Below are positions 37,499 to 50,841 of a stretch of DNA of 64,000 nucleotides, one piece after another (within the stretch, counting starts at the first letter, position 1; every line of letters starts with the position of its first letter). The notes below the pieces were generated by a model, which saw nothing but the letters and a program-made list of their open reading frames with translations, was not told the DNA's origin and searched no databases. Source of the DNA: Isurus oxyrinchus (Eukaryota); contig JANJGN010000011.1 in the NCBI GenBank assembly GCA_026770705.1, positions 98,518,001-98,582,000 on the forward strand, given 5' to 3'. Position numbers and translations under genes: made by a program.

Positions 37499-40365
37499 TG
37501 TGGGATACTGAAACAGGCTTGTGGGGCCTTTGTGTGCATGTGTTGCGTGTGTATGACTAACTTAATTGCACTGAAGACAGTCAGACTGCAAGGTTTAAAT
37601 CATCAAGGGGTTTAGGTGTAAAAAGCAGGCATTTTAGACTCATAGATGTTTACAGCACAGGAGGCCATTCAACCATCGTGTCTGCACTGGTCAACAAAGA
37701 TCTGACTACAATAATCCCATTTGCTAGCCCTTGGCCATGGCAAAGCAAGTGAATATCTAAATACTTCTTAAATGTTACAAGGGTTTCTGAATCAACCACC
37801 CTTTCAGGCAGTGAGTTCCAGACTCCCACCATCCTCTGAGTGAAGACATTTCTCAACTCCCCTCTTAGCCTTCTATTCTTACCTTAAATCTATGCCCCAT
37901 GGTTATTGACCTCTCTATCAATGGAAAAAATGCCTTCCTATCCACCCTATCTATGCCCCTCATAATCTTATACACCTCTATCGGATTCCCTCTCAACCTT
38001 CGCTGCTCCAAGGAAAACAACCCCAGCCTATCCAATCTTTCCTCATAACTCAGACTCTCCAGCCCAGTCAGTGTCCTGGTAAATCTCTTCTGCACCCTTT
38101 CCAGTACAATCACATCCTTCCTATAATGTGGTGACCAGAACTGCATGCAGTATTCCAGCTGTGGCCTAACCAGCGTTTTATACAGTTCCAGCATAACCTT
38201 TGTGCTCTTGTATTTTATGCCTCAGCTAATAAAGTATCCCATATGCCTTCTTAACCACCTTATCTACCTGCCCTGCTGCCTTCAGGGATTTGTGGATATG
38301 CCTACCAAGGTCCTCTGATCTTCAGTACTTTCCAGGGTCCTGCCAATCAGAGTGTAATCCCTTGCCTTGTTAGCCCTCCCAAGTGCATTACCTCACACTT
38401 TTCCAGGTTGAATTCCATTTGCTACTGACCCAAATTCCATTTGCCCAACTGACCAGTCAATTGATATCCTCCTGGAGTTTATGGCTATCCTCACTATTTA
38501 CCACCATACCAATTTTCGTGTAAGTTGCAAACTTCTTGATCATACCCCCTACATTTAAGTCCAAATCATTTATGTACACCACAAAAAGCAAGGGCCCCAC
38601 CACTGAGCCCTGTGGAAGCCAACTAGAGACAGACTTCCAGGGACAGTAACATCCCTCTACCATCACCCTCTGTTTCATGCATCTCAGCCAATTTTGGATC
38701 CAAGATGCCACTTTGCCTTGGATCCCATGGGCTCTTACTTTCTTGACCAGTCTGCCATGAGGGGCCTTATCAACAGCCCTGTTAAAGTCCATGTAGACCA
38801 CATCAAATGCATTATCCTCAACAACACTCCTGGTTACCTCCTCAAAAAAATTCGATCAAATTTGTCAAACATGACCATCCCTTAACAAATCCATGCTATC
38901 ACTGATTAATTCATGGTCTCTCCAAGTGCAGATATATTCTGTCCCTCAGAATTCTTTCTAGTAACTTTCTCACCAGCAAGGTTAGACTGATTGGCCTGTA
39001 TTTGCCTGGTCTATCCCTTCCTCCCTTTTTAAATAATGGGATAATGTTAGCAATCATCCAGTCCTCTGGCACCGCAACAGTGGCCAGAGAGGATTTGAAA
39101 ATTACTGCTAGGGCCCCGATATCTCTTCTTTTGCCTCTTTCAACAACCTGGGATACATCTCATCCAGGCCTGTGGATTTATCCACTTTTAAGGCCGCTAA
39201 ACCCGTTAGTACCTCCTCTCTCTCTATATTAATTTCCTCTACTATTTCACCGTCCTCTACCCTTAAGTCTATACCTGCGTCGTCCTTTTCCATTGTGAAG
39301 ACCAATGCAAAGTATTCATTGAGGACTGTACCCACATCTTCCGGGTCCACACACAGATTGCCTCTATGGTCCCTAATTGGCCCTACTCTTTCCCTAGTTA
39401 TTCTCTTGCCCTTTAGCTATTTAAAAAAAACCCTTTGGATTTTCCTTCATTTGACCTACCAATGCTTTCTCATGCACTCCCTTAGTTTCTCTAATTTCCT
39501 TTTTAAGGATCCCCCCTGCATTTTTTACACTCCTCTAGGGACTCTGCTGTATTGAGCCCTCGATATCTGTCACAAGCTTCCCTTTTTGGATGAGCTAACA
39601 TTTGCATTTGTAGATAAGTTGAGAGGTTGTTTGAATTTAAAAGGGGAATTAGAAGGTGACAAGGAAAAGGGCTGCATCTTGCAAGAGCTCATGGGTAAAC
39701 AAGCAGTGGGGATATCATGTGTTATTGACCCAAAAACAAAGACAAGGGAGAAACATTAAAGTCTTACATTTGGAAGAATTTGAGTTTCAAAGAAAGTTCA
39801 AAACAATGGATTTAAAGATAAAAGAGGAAAAATATATTTAAGGAAAGATTGAAAGTTGTATGAGGGGGTGGCAATGTGAGATCTTGAAGAGTGTGCTGTG
39901 AAGTATCAGTTTCTAGCCACCCCAAAGAAGTGCTTTCTTGTTCCAGAAAGCAAGATTTTGTTAAAAGCCTTGGAATTCAATTGCCTAGCGAGAGGAAGAG
40001 AAAAGCCGTGAAACACCTCCCTTATAGCAACAGTGTGTGCCTTGTGGTAATATTACTGGATGTTTTATAGATTAAGAATTTATTTGGATTGTTGCCTGGG
40101 AGTAGGGTGTTTATTTGGGGGTGTAGCTAAGTAAAAATCTTTTGAGAACTGTGGTAAAAAAAAATTTAACTGTTTAACTGTAACCTTGTGTGTTTTAATT
40201 TAACATTTAAAATCTCTAAAAATGGCAGTGGACTCTTTACTTCTGACTTCAGTGCACATAACTTCTTATAATGGGAATACAAATTGTAAATTGTTGTGAT
40301 AGCTTGGCTAAGTTACCCTTTGGGATTTGATCAGCCTGGCAATTACCACCTGCCATGTCATCACA
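37499..40365 (+). mobile_element. Probable solo LTR interrupted by a CR1
   Basis: TGTG...TCACA termini and LTR-like composition similar to 16517; no clear TSD. Confidence 0.5.
37640..39588 (-). mobile_element. CR1 LINE, 5'-truncated
   Basis: ORFs 39108..39350, 38457..38801 (PQGSVVGPLLF) and 37865..38194 (LVRPQLEYC) plus the 3' tail. Confidence 0.92.
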
Positions 40366-40541
40366 TTTGTTAGATCATTAAAGATTCAGGGGTGATTTCA
40401 AAAAGGAATTTAAAATTATGAAGAAATCTGCAGTGAAGATGAAAACAGATTGTTTTTTCTAGTGTACAAGTGATCTAGGATGAGAGGACCTAGAAATAAG
40501 ATAAATGTATGTGCTCCAGGACAGTAAGCATGAGAAGCTAT

Positions 40542-41158
40542 GGGTTGAATTTTACAAGCTGCGAGTTCCCTGCCCTCACAGCTCAAAACTCAGGGGTTGG
40601 GGTTTAGCCTGCCCAGAAGAAGAACAGCTGCCTCACAGCCATTTGATAATAGGCTGGTGGTATCTCAACCCTTTGGGGACAGGACGTCCCACCTCAAAGA
40701 GCTGCCGGTCATTCAGAAGCCAGCAGCTCTCAAGTACTGGTAGTGGGGCTTGAGGAAGTGTTCAGAGATGGATTGGAGCTTTGTAACTGGTGATCAGTGA
40801 GGGGGTTGATGGCCAGGTTTTGAGTGGCCATGGTGAGAATGGAACCTGGAGGGTCGTTGGGCCCAGGGTCCAGTCAAGGAGGGAACCTATCACGCTCTCA
40901 TGCAGTGAAACCTGCCTGGATGGCCAATTGCCATGGGCCACTCCTGTCACTGGCTTAGTCCCAGCAGTGGCAGAATGAGGCCTTTAAATGTAAGGGCCTC
41001 AATTGGTCCACTGGTAGGTTGGCTGTCCCGTAGCTGGTAAAATTGCTGCGGGGCAGGGGTGGGCAGGTAGGTAGCGGGCAGCCCGCTCACTGGATTTAAA
41101 GTACCCCCATCACCCCACACCTTCAAACCTGCCAGTGTGGGAATGTAAAATCCAGCCC
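40542..41158. mobile_element. Older Harbinger-type non-autonomous element
   Basis: Termini GGGTTGAATTTTAC...GTAAAATCCAGCCC; TSD TAT/TGT. Confidence 0.65.
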
Positions 41159-42052
41159 TGTATTTTTCTTACTGTTTACAGGGAGCTGTGAGACTGCAAT
41201 GCAATACTGGACTAAATTGAATTAAGTGGAGATCACAACAACATTTAAGAATAGGTTAAAAAGATGGTAAGAAAGGGGATATAGAACAAGGGTGAAATGC
41301 TGCGGATGCTGGACACCTGAAATAAGAACACAAAATGCTGGAAAAGCTCAGCAGGTCTGGCAGCATCTCTGGAGAGAGTAACAGATTAATGCTTTAAGCC
41401 CGTATGACTCTTCTTCAGAGATATAGACTAAGCATTGGCATGTGGGATTAGAATACTGCTGTACTGGTGGATAAACACCAGCACAAATAGTTTCTATGTT
41501 GCAATTTTTAGGTAAAAGCAGTTACTAATAAAAATAAAGGTGAATGTGCAAGCATGAGAAAATAAATACACATACACCACGTGTCACACAAGCTTCACTG
41601 CAATCAGTTCAAAGCAGCAATGGTGGAAGCCTGGCAACAGATTAACATCTACATGCTTAGTGATGAAGACAGTAACAAACTTATTATCAAAATCCAATTT
41701 AAAAATATATTGACCGGTGGTAACCTACAAGTCTGTTTTAGGGTTTCTGGACAATCACACAAATATTATTACAAATGTACTGTGGGGACTGCTGCTATTT
41801 AGATGAGATTTTAAGCCTGTCTGTCCTCAGTTGGATGAAAAAAGAACAGGGCAGTTCTTCCTTAAGCCCTAGGCAATATTTATCACTCAAACAAAAGAAA
41901 ATCTGGCCATTTCATTGATGTCCATGGCCATTGCCCCACGAAAACTGGCTGCCACGTTTCTCTACATGACAACAGTGACTACACTTCAGAAGTACTGTAC
42001 TTCATTGGTTGTAAAGTGCTTTGGGGTGTCCAGAGATTATGAAAAGTGCTAT

Positions 42053-42983
42053 GGTGATAAACTCTATGCTTTGTTAAAATTTGTATTTGGGAGAATCCCT
42101 TTAATTCAAAATGAAACTAAAGAGAATTCTGTAAGGAGGGGTGTAATTGGAATTCCTGGCTATGAAGTTATTAGACTTCTGAGAAATTAACCTGACCCTA
42201 GGTTGCGAGGGAGACAGGGTTCACATATGAGGCAAAGCCATGAACTGCGCTGTGATTTAACATTGCTACAGAGATGATATCTTGATAACCAGAAAGGGCA
42301 AATTGCAGCTAATCGGGTTTTGAATTTCGGCCTGGGTTGTGGCGTGCAGAAGCCCCACACACAAAATTCTTGTTGAGGGAAATGTAGATAAAACTTCTGG
42401 TGTTAATAATCAAGCAGGTTTCTCAAGGAGTCTGTTTCTGTTCAGAAGAAAGAGAACAGAAATAGGCTGGGCTTGAGTGCAACAGAATGATGAAGGTGTA
42501 AATGGGAGATGGTTAAGGAAGGAAGTCTTGGGCAGCTGGAAAGAGAAGACCAAAAAGGTAGATTCTGGGAGCTAAGCAGTGAATGTCTGGAAGGGTATGT
42601 CTTTTAGAAGCATGTGGAAATTGGATACAGTAAAACTTATCTGAAAGGACTTTGGGCCTCCCCTGTATGATTAAAGGAAATGAATTTCCAGCTGGGAAAC
42701 TTAAAAAGTTGTGGGACTTGGTGGCTGTGATTAATGACATAAGTACTGGGTGGGGGGCACACACAATTTTCATGAGGCCTATCTTTGCAGTATTGACTAT
42801 TTAAAGTGAAATTCATTGTTGCTATAGAAATGACATATCTCTTAATGTATGTTTTATTTTACATTGATTTTGGGTTTGACTGTTTCAGTAAAAGTTCCAA
42901 AAAGTGAAATCTTGTCCCTTTTGTTAGCATCCTTTGGGGATTCCTTTCTTTTGTGGTTATTGGTCTGTTTGGGAATCGTAACA
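42053..42983 (+). mobile_element. Solo LTR (931 bp) inserted in a SINE 3' end
   Basis: Termini (T>G)GTGATA...CGTAACA; TSD CTAT on both sides; the host tail GTGCTAT|AAATGCAAG is restored on removal. Confidence 0.75.
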
Positions 42984-43110
42984 CTATAAATGCAAGTTTT
43001 ATCTTTTCACAAAATTGATACTATTGCATCTGTAATTCTAATTCAAAAATTTAATGCCTAATGAGTGCAAAGCCTTTGTTAAAAATAATACATGATCAAG
43101 AGAATCTTAC

Positions 43111-43282
43111 CTGCATTTTCTGGAAACACTGGTTCTATGCCAACTCCATGATCTGAAGGTGAAACTAGTTGGGCAGGATCCCGGAGGTAGATCCCACGTT
43201 GGTTGCCAACAGCAATGCTGAATCCCAAATCACTGGTACTCATGGATGAATTTTGTATGAGGTAGTCATAAGCTTTATCAAC
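43111..43282 (-). CDS. TPP2: TPP2 exon (~13), 172 nt
   Basis: TTAG|GTT...GCAG|GTAAG. Encodes [57 protein letters not shown](E). Confidence 0.97.
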
Positions 43283-44589
43283 CTAACAAGAAAATAAGTT
43301 TCATATACTGAGTCCAATACCGTATTATGTCCAATAATATTACCAGGGACACTGATTTAACAGCACTGGGACAATTTTACGATTTGGAAGGACTGGGAAT
43401 GTGGTCTGGGGTCTGGCAGTTCTGGGATAAGGACTGACTAAGGGTCTTGCAATATTTTGATGCGGTTAGCCCCAGAATTTCAGGAGCTCCACGCATATCT
43501 ATTCTGTTTTAAAATCGTATTTGCTTGTAGCATTCCAAAGGTATTTCACCTGTAGATAGTGCAGTGAACTTAACATTACATGATAGATCATTATGCGGTG
43601 GGCTAAACATCAAACTGAATAACCATCCCAAGCTTGAAGACATGGAAATCGCCCAACCACCTGCCGCCTCTATGGACTAAACAAACAACATTAGAAACAA
43701 ACCCACCAACCTTGCTTACCAAGGCAACAACTGCGAGCCCTTCCCACTAGCTGAACCAAATTCTAAATCAACATTCAAGGTTAGATTGGATATGTGGAAG
43801 AAGACAAATGGTTAAGCAGTTACAAGAATAGTGCGGACTAAAATGCTTGGAAATATTTTCTCACATTGTATTATAATTTATATTCTGAATATTCTGAGTA
43901 GTTGGTTCAAATGTCCTGTTTGATGTATTTGTTCTCTATCTTCTCCCACTGAAGCAAACTCACCTCTCATAGAATGAAAATTCTTCCAAGAAGCTCCTCT
44001 GCTGAGGATGAATCAAACTCTCACTCATTGAAGAAATCTCCATGAGCCCCCAACCAGCTAAGGCAGTATTTGCAAATTCCTCCACCAGAAGTAAATGCAT
44101 CCACCAACGTACATCTCTCCTCTTCCCCTAAACTGTCCATTAACTATCTTAGCCCTTGCTGAAATAAAATTATACACCAGAATCCTCACATCCAGAGAAA
44201 ATAGACACACATTTCTCCATCTCCCATTATCTCTTACTCTGCCCCTCCATCTTTCCAATCCTCACCTCCTCTTGCTCTGTAAACCCATGTCCACCTACTT
44301 CCTCCTCCCATCCCTCTCTCCACACCTAGTATCCCTAATCCTTCTTTTCTCTTATTAGAAGTTAGCTGACTATTCTTTTCTGAAATAGCAGTGAAGTCCA
44401 CATCATACAAGAGGTAGGTACCAAATAATAGTTGGTTTGGTTACTTTGGACTAACTTAAATTTCCTGGAGATATTTTTCAGATTATTTTCCCCCTTCTTG
44501 GCATTAGGTTGTTAATTTTTTTGCCTATCCCAAGAGTTTATGTGGCATCCAGAAGGTAAGGAGTCTTTTGATGTGATGAATGTAGAAGG

Positions 44590-45870
44590 GAGAGGGGAAC
44601 TTGGTGAAATGTCAATCACTAGGGAAGTGGTATTGAGCAAACAGATGGAGCTGTGGGCTGACAAATCTCTGGGTCCAGATGGACTTCTTCCTAGGTGGCT
44701 CTGGAGGTAGTAGATACATTGGTGTTAATTTTCAAAAATTCGTTAGATTCTGGAAAGGTTCCATCAGACTGGAAAGTAGCAAATATCATCCCTCTATTCA
44801 AGAAGGGAAGGAGGCAGAAAACAGCAAACTATAGGCCAGTTAGCTTGACGGCTGTCGTGGGGATGGTGTTGGGGTCGATCATTAAAGAGGTTACAGTTGG
44901 ACAGTTAGAGAAACTCAAAGTAATTAGAAAGAGTCAGCATGATTTTGTGAAAGGGAAAACATGTTTAACCAATTTATCTGAGTTCTTTGAAGGAGTAACA
45001 TGTGCTGTGGATAAAGGGGAGGCTGCAGATGTGCTGTATTTGGATTTCCAGAAGGCATTTGATAAAGTGCCACATTCAAGGTTATTACAGAAAATAAAAG
45101 CTCATAATGTAGGGGTAACATATTAGCCTGGATAGATGATTGGCTGGCTGGCTGAAAACAGACAGCATGTATAAATGGGTCTTTATCTTTTTGGCAGGAT
45201 GTGATGAGTGGAGTCCTGCAGGGGTCTGTGCTGGGGCTTCAACTTTTTATAATTTATATCAATGACTTAGATGAGGGGAGTGAAGGCATGGTAGCTAAAT
45301 TTGCAGATGACACAAAGATACGTAGGAAAGTATATTGTGAAGAGCATAGGAGGTTGCAGATGGATATAGATAGGTTGAGTGAGTGGGCAAAAATCTGACA
45401 GATGGAGTATAATGTGGGAAAATGTGAAATTGTTCACTTTGGCAGAAAGAATAAAAAATGCAGAGAGTTACTTAAATGGAGAGTGGCTGCAGAATTCCGA
45501 GGTGCAACGGGATCTTGATGTTCTAGTGCATGAGTCACAAGAAGTTAGAATGCAGGTAGAGCATGTAATTAAGACGACAAATGGAATGCTATCCTTTATT
45601 ATGAGAGGAATTGAACATAAAAATAAGGATGTTATGGTTCAGTTATACAGGATATTGGTGAGACCGCATCTCGAATACTGTGTGCAGTTTTGGTCTCCTT
45701 ATTTAAAGAAGAGTGTAAATGCATTGGAGGCAGTTCAGAAGAGGTTTACTAGATTGATACCTGGAATGAGCAGGTTGTTGTGAGGAAAGGTTAGATAGAC
45801 TGAGCTTGTTTCCACTGGAGTTTAGAAGAGCGAGAGGTGACTTGATTGAAGTATATAAGATTCTGAACGA
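44590..45870 (+). mobile_element. CR1 LINE RT region, cut off by the retrovirus-like element
   Basis: ORFs 44695..45126 (YLDFQKAFDKVPH), 45201..45398 (KFADDTK) and 45379..45783. Confidence 0.92.
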
Positions 45871-48010
45871 TGTAAGTGGACTTGAAGGTTAAATACCTCC
45901 CAAAAACTTACAAATTGGTGACACCGACATGATCGGAGATGAAGAAGGAAGACTTAGTGTTTGTAACAAAGGATCTTGGTATATCTGCCAGGCCAACAGC
46001 AGCATTGGGAAGAGAAAGCCCTCAGGGTTGTGGGATCATTGAAAACCCGCCAGTGACTCAGACGCTTTTAAAGATGACAGCTAAAACTGTTTCTTCTCTC
46101 TACCAAGAAAAGTTACACAAGATGTCAAGTAAAGGGATCCAGACACTGCTTATGAAGTGTCTGGAGAAAGGGGGTTGGGTCCCTTTTGAAGAAGTAGTTA
46201 CATTTATCCAGGAACGGCCGGGTAAGAAAAAGTTAAGAGCTGAAAAGGCAAAGAGTCTTGTGGCTTATGGAGCATATTACTGTGCTTGGAGAGGTGATAA
46301 GGCTTTTAAACAGAAACAGGAAGAGATTGAGAACTTAAGAAATGAATTACAGCAGAAGGATCAGGAGGTAGTAAGGTTAAAGAAGCACATTTGTACTTTG
46401 GAATTGGGAGCTGAACAGTCAGCTGTCTTATTACAACAGCAGAGCATGTGCAGTCTGCATGCAGAAGCCACCTTGGTTGAGGTACATCAGTTAGGCAAGA
46501 CCTCACAGAATGTCAGGAGGAGAACAGGAAACTCACAGGAGCTGGATGATGCCAGGGGAGTTTTAAGGGAATCAGTTAAATAGCCTCATGGGGATATAGA
46601 TCACTCTCTCTCTGTAAAATTAACTAACTAGAACTAACAGAGAAGTTAGGAAATCAGCAAGCACCAGTATCAGCTGTTACAGCTGGAGCAGTTCAGGGAA
46701 TAGGTGTGATTGAACCAGGAGACTGGTTAGATTGGGATCATGGGACTCAGGAAAGAACCAGGAGAGAGTGGTCAGCAGGCTGTGATTCCCTTGAATAGAG
46801 CTTTAACCCTTCAGTTGCTGTGTTTAGTGTGTGGAGCGTAATGGACCCGCAAGGTCAGGTCCAGTCCAGAGAGGTCGGCGTGTGCCTCCTTGCCCCAGGA
46901 GAAGCTGAAGCATTGGGGTGAAAATTAGGGCCCATTGAGCTGGGAGTGATCCTATTAGGAGAAGGGGTGATTTTAGAAGGGCCCACAATGATTTAGATGA
47001 TCCAGACTTTAAGCAGGTGCTCCTGACATCATGCTTAAATTCTGAGAGGTCAGATGTCCCTGCTGATGTCTTTCAGAATGACCACCAGCTTTGTGAGCTT
47101 TTCAGAGAGATCCTTAATGTCCTCAGGATCTGGAAATTGAATCTGGCTGCAGTAATGAGCTAAACTTTACAGAAGCTTGATGAATCTGAAAAGTGTAAAG
47201 ACTTCACTGTGCTGAGAAATCTGATAAGGTTTTTCAGGAGTCAGATGATTTATGACGCAAGGCATGCAAGAGATTCAAGAATTAAAAGGGAAACAGGACA
47301 GGCAAGAGGTACTTGTCCTTGCTAAAATGAGAGATGAGATGAGCTCCCTTTTCTGCGGGACAATACAACAGCTGCTTGTGTGTCTGGCCAAAAAGTAAAT
47401 TGATCTGTTTCTCTAAATTCCACCAAGTCACAACTAAGGTTAAGGAAGAAAAGAAAATTTGAGCAGAAGGAAAATGGTTAGGAGAAAATAAGCTTGTAGG
47501 CTCATAGTAGAGTTAAGATGCTGTGTGGAAAGGAAAAATACCATGGATGAGTAAGTTTGCTTGTGTATTTTGTTGAAGTATAAATCTTTTCTCTGTCTGA
47601 ATGTGATTTTTTTTAGGTGCCTGTAAGTGCTGTTTCTGGGTCACTGTATTAACCCTCTGTAGTCTGGTCTTGTATGTTGTTTTAAGTTTTCTTTTTTTTC
47701 CCCTAGTTGTTTAATGTGTGTCACCATTTGTATAATCGTTGAGATTTTAAACCAGTTCAAAGCTTAATTTGTTTTTTCTTCTCTCCCCTGAAGCTCGCGA
47801 TCTGGGGATACTTTTGACACTTTGTGTTGATCTCATTATAAGAGCTCATATTTCTAGGGGTACATGGGAATATGAAAGTGATTGTTGAGGGTGACTATGT
47901 CAATTTAATATAAGGCTTAATTGTGGATTTGTGGGAACTCAATGACCAGTTAAAAGTGAGAATTATAAGTCTGGTCTAGAGGGATGTGGAATTAGTGTTA
48001 GAATGTTACT
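45871..48010 (+). mobile_element. LTR retroelement or endogenous-retrovirus relic: mini-LTR, tRNA-Trp PBS, gag-like region
   Basis: TGTAAGT...ACTTACA at 45871-45912; PBS TGGTGACACCGACATGAT at 45916-45933; ORF 45939..46583 with a coiled-coil stretch. The 3' boundary is uncertain. Confidence 0.7.
45939..46583 (+). pseudogene. gag-like ORF (214 aa); decayed gag-like sequence continues beyond the stop
   Basis: Starts immediately after the PBS; heptad-like KQEEIENLRNELQQKDQEVVRLKKHI; fragmentary coding-like sequence continues to about 47150. Confidence 0.55.
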
Positions 48011-50725
48011 GTATTGTTATGAGACAGCCTTTCGGTAAAGCTGAGTTATTTAAAAATCCCAGAGGGAAATTTAAAACAACTGTCATAACCCATATTTTAA
48101 GTGGTATGGTTGAGATGCAGCTCTAAATTCAGGAATTAGACCATCAGCTCTCATGAGATTTTTACATTAAACTAAGTGAAACATTTTATTAAGTTACAAC
48201 ACATGGGGGAGGTGCAAGAGCAAAAAGGGATCTTGGGAAAACATAGGAAGGGAACTGCTGAGAGTCACTTCTACCTAGCAGCTCCTACTCAAAATGCAGC
48301 TTGGAGCTATCGGGAGCTCCCTTATTTTCACATTAACTCCGATTGGCTTTGGCATTGCCACGGAGTTAACAACAAGGAACTAGAAGCTCCCCAAGCTCAA
48401 GAACACATCTACTGTTAAGCTGCGATTCCATGATTCAGCAGCACCTGTTGAACAATCCTGAGTGTGCCAATAGCTACACTAACCATGGATTTAAAGTATT
48501 CAGTCAAATTTGTAACCTGGTTCATTATTGCTTGCTGGAAGTGACATACATTGATACGCAGGGACCCAAGCTCTGCAAACAAAAGGAATATGTTCAAGCC
48601 TTGTGCTTTTTTGAACTACCAAAGTGCTTGGGGTTGGGATGGCATTTGAGTGGAGGAATGCATGTGAGGGGAGGAATGCATGGAAGGGGAAGGCATGGGA
48701 GAGACGGAATGGCAGATGAGTCGGCATAGAAGGGGTGAAATGGGGGTTGAAATGAAACAGGTGAAAGGAATAGGGTATGACATGAGAATGTTAGCAATGG
48801 GAAGGATGGAATATCATGGGACAGGGATTTAATGTACTATTGCAAGAAATATATTAATTTCATTGCATATGTTTTGCAGGTCTCTGCTAGTTATTTCATA
48901 CTTCAGATAGAGTAGAAAACTATTTATGCTTCACAAAAATTATGATAACGCTGTGCTACTTAAAAGTTTAATTTAGCAGATAACATTTTAAAGTACACAG
49001 TCCACTGACAAATACCTGAAATGTACTTCACTACTAAAATAGCTTGACAGTATTTTGTTATCACTGAAATTTAGGTAGCATTACACTTGGAACTGCCATT
49101 GAGGCAGCGGTATCAGGATATTAAAATGTTATTTGAGAACTGTGTAAATGATTGTTCATTGTCATTTAGTTTAAGTCTACCTGATTTGTCTGGACTGTTT
49201 CCTTTCAGTTTAGTAACACTGAAAATAAAATTTTGTAGATTCCCTCCGAATGTAACCAGGTTTTTGGCCCCTAATTTTCTTTTGGTTTGGACAGAAATAA
49301 AATAAACTCTTGCATCTATATAGGCCTTCAATGACCACAGGATGTCCCAAAGTGCTCTACAGTCAATGAAGTACTTTTTAAGTATAGTGACTGCTGTAGT
49401 GTATGAAACCCAGCAACCAATTTACGTAAAGCAGCAATGTGATAATGACTAGATAATTGGTTTTTGCTAAAAATAGAAATTATAAATCAACCAAAGAGTT
49501 TTTGTTTGTATTTAAAATGGTGTATATTCTGCCTAGTCCAAGGCTTTGGCAACATCTGAGTTATAATTTTCTAACCAAAAAAGTTAAAGACAACATGGGC
49601 AAAAGAACAGTTGAAAGAATTTTAGTACAAATTCCTGAAGTTCACCTTCTACTAAAAATGCATACATTCTTATTATAATAGCAATTTGAAGTCTTGATGT
49701 GTGTCCTGGTAGGGTTACATATGCTCAAACATACAGGTTGGAATTTTTGATATCTATTGTAACTCAATAACACTTCTAAAATAATCTATTTATGTTATCA
49801 TTGTAGATAAACCTTACTACAAAGGTTAATTGAAGATTTACTCAGAATAAAGAAAAGCATAAGTAGCATGTAAAAGTGCAGTCTTTATCTGTAAATGAAA
49901 AAAATGTGCACAGCATTTATTTCTGGAGTTAAAGCTAAAACATCTAATTAAGACAACATAAAAAATTTAGAAGATTTCTAAATTAAATCGCATAATGCTT
50001 CTTGAATGACTTTTCAAAATGAAAAAAAATAATGAGACCAACAAAGATTTACAGCGCAAATTCATGGTTAGGAATTGTTCATTATCGCCAAGACAGCTTA
50101 AAGTTATCTCCTGTGTGTCTAAGGACAGGCACATTGATGTCATTGTTTTAACTTATTACTACAAGATAATAGCCAGTTCTCACATGGCATGCATTTTAAA
50201 ACTGATTTTTAAAATCAGTTTATAAAGTGTACTTCTAGAAGGTTGGGATGCATCCACTAAATAATTTAATACTGTGTAATTTAGACACAAAAAGAGCAAA
50301 ATGATTAAGATCATAAGATGCATAAGATCACTGGGAGGGAAAGACATTTAATTTCATATTAGATTTCTAATTTCAACTCCTTATATTTTACAGTAATTGA
50401 ACTAATCTCCAAGGTGCAGAATAAGCCAGATAATTTTTCTGGTTTAAAAACTGTGAGAGGGAATTGCAATGCAGGTGGAATTAAAAATGAAACATACAAT
50501 TTTATAACACAAACATATGGTTAAATTGTGAAAAGATACAATTCTGTCAAAATGGCCGAAACATGCTATGTCACATCTAACTATAACTCATCTGGTCTGT
50601 AAGGTCTCAGCAAGAACTCAAATTAAATAACACACTTTTGACGGTAGAGCTGATTTTACTTTCTTTAAAACATTCAAATGCCTTAAGCCTAGTTTAAAGA
50701 AAGCTATGCAATATTAAAAATATAC

Positions 50726-50841
50726 CTGAATTACACCATGTCCTTGCGCAAATACTTCAATATCATCAACCTTCAGGGCTGTGTTTTCAAGGGCTCGTCG
50801 AATGAAATGAACTGTATAATGAACACCATTAACCTTAAGAC
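50726..50841 (-). CDS. TPP2: TPP2 exon (~12), 116 nt
   Basis: TACAG|GT...CAG|GTATA. Encodes (G)[38 protein letters not shown]. Confidence 0.97.
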
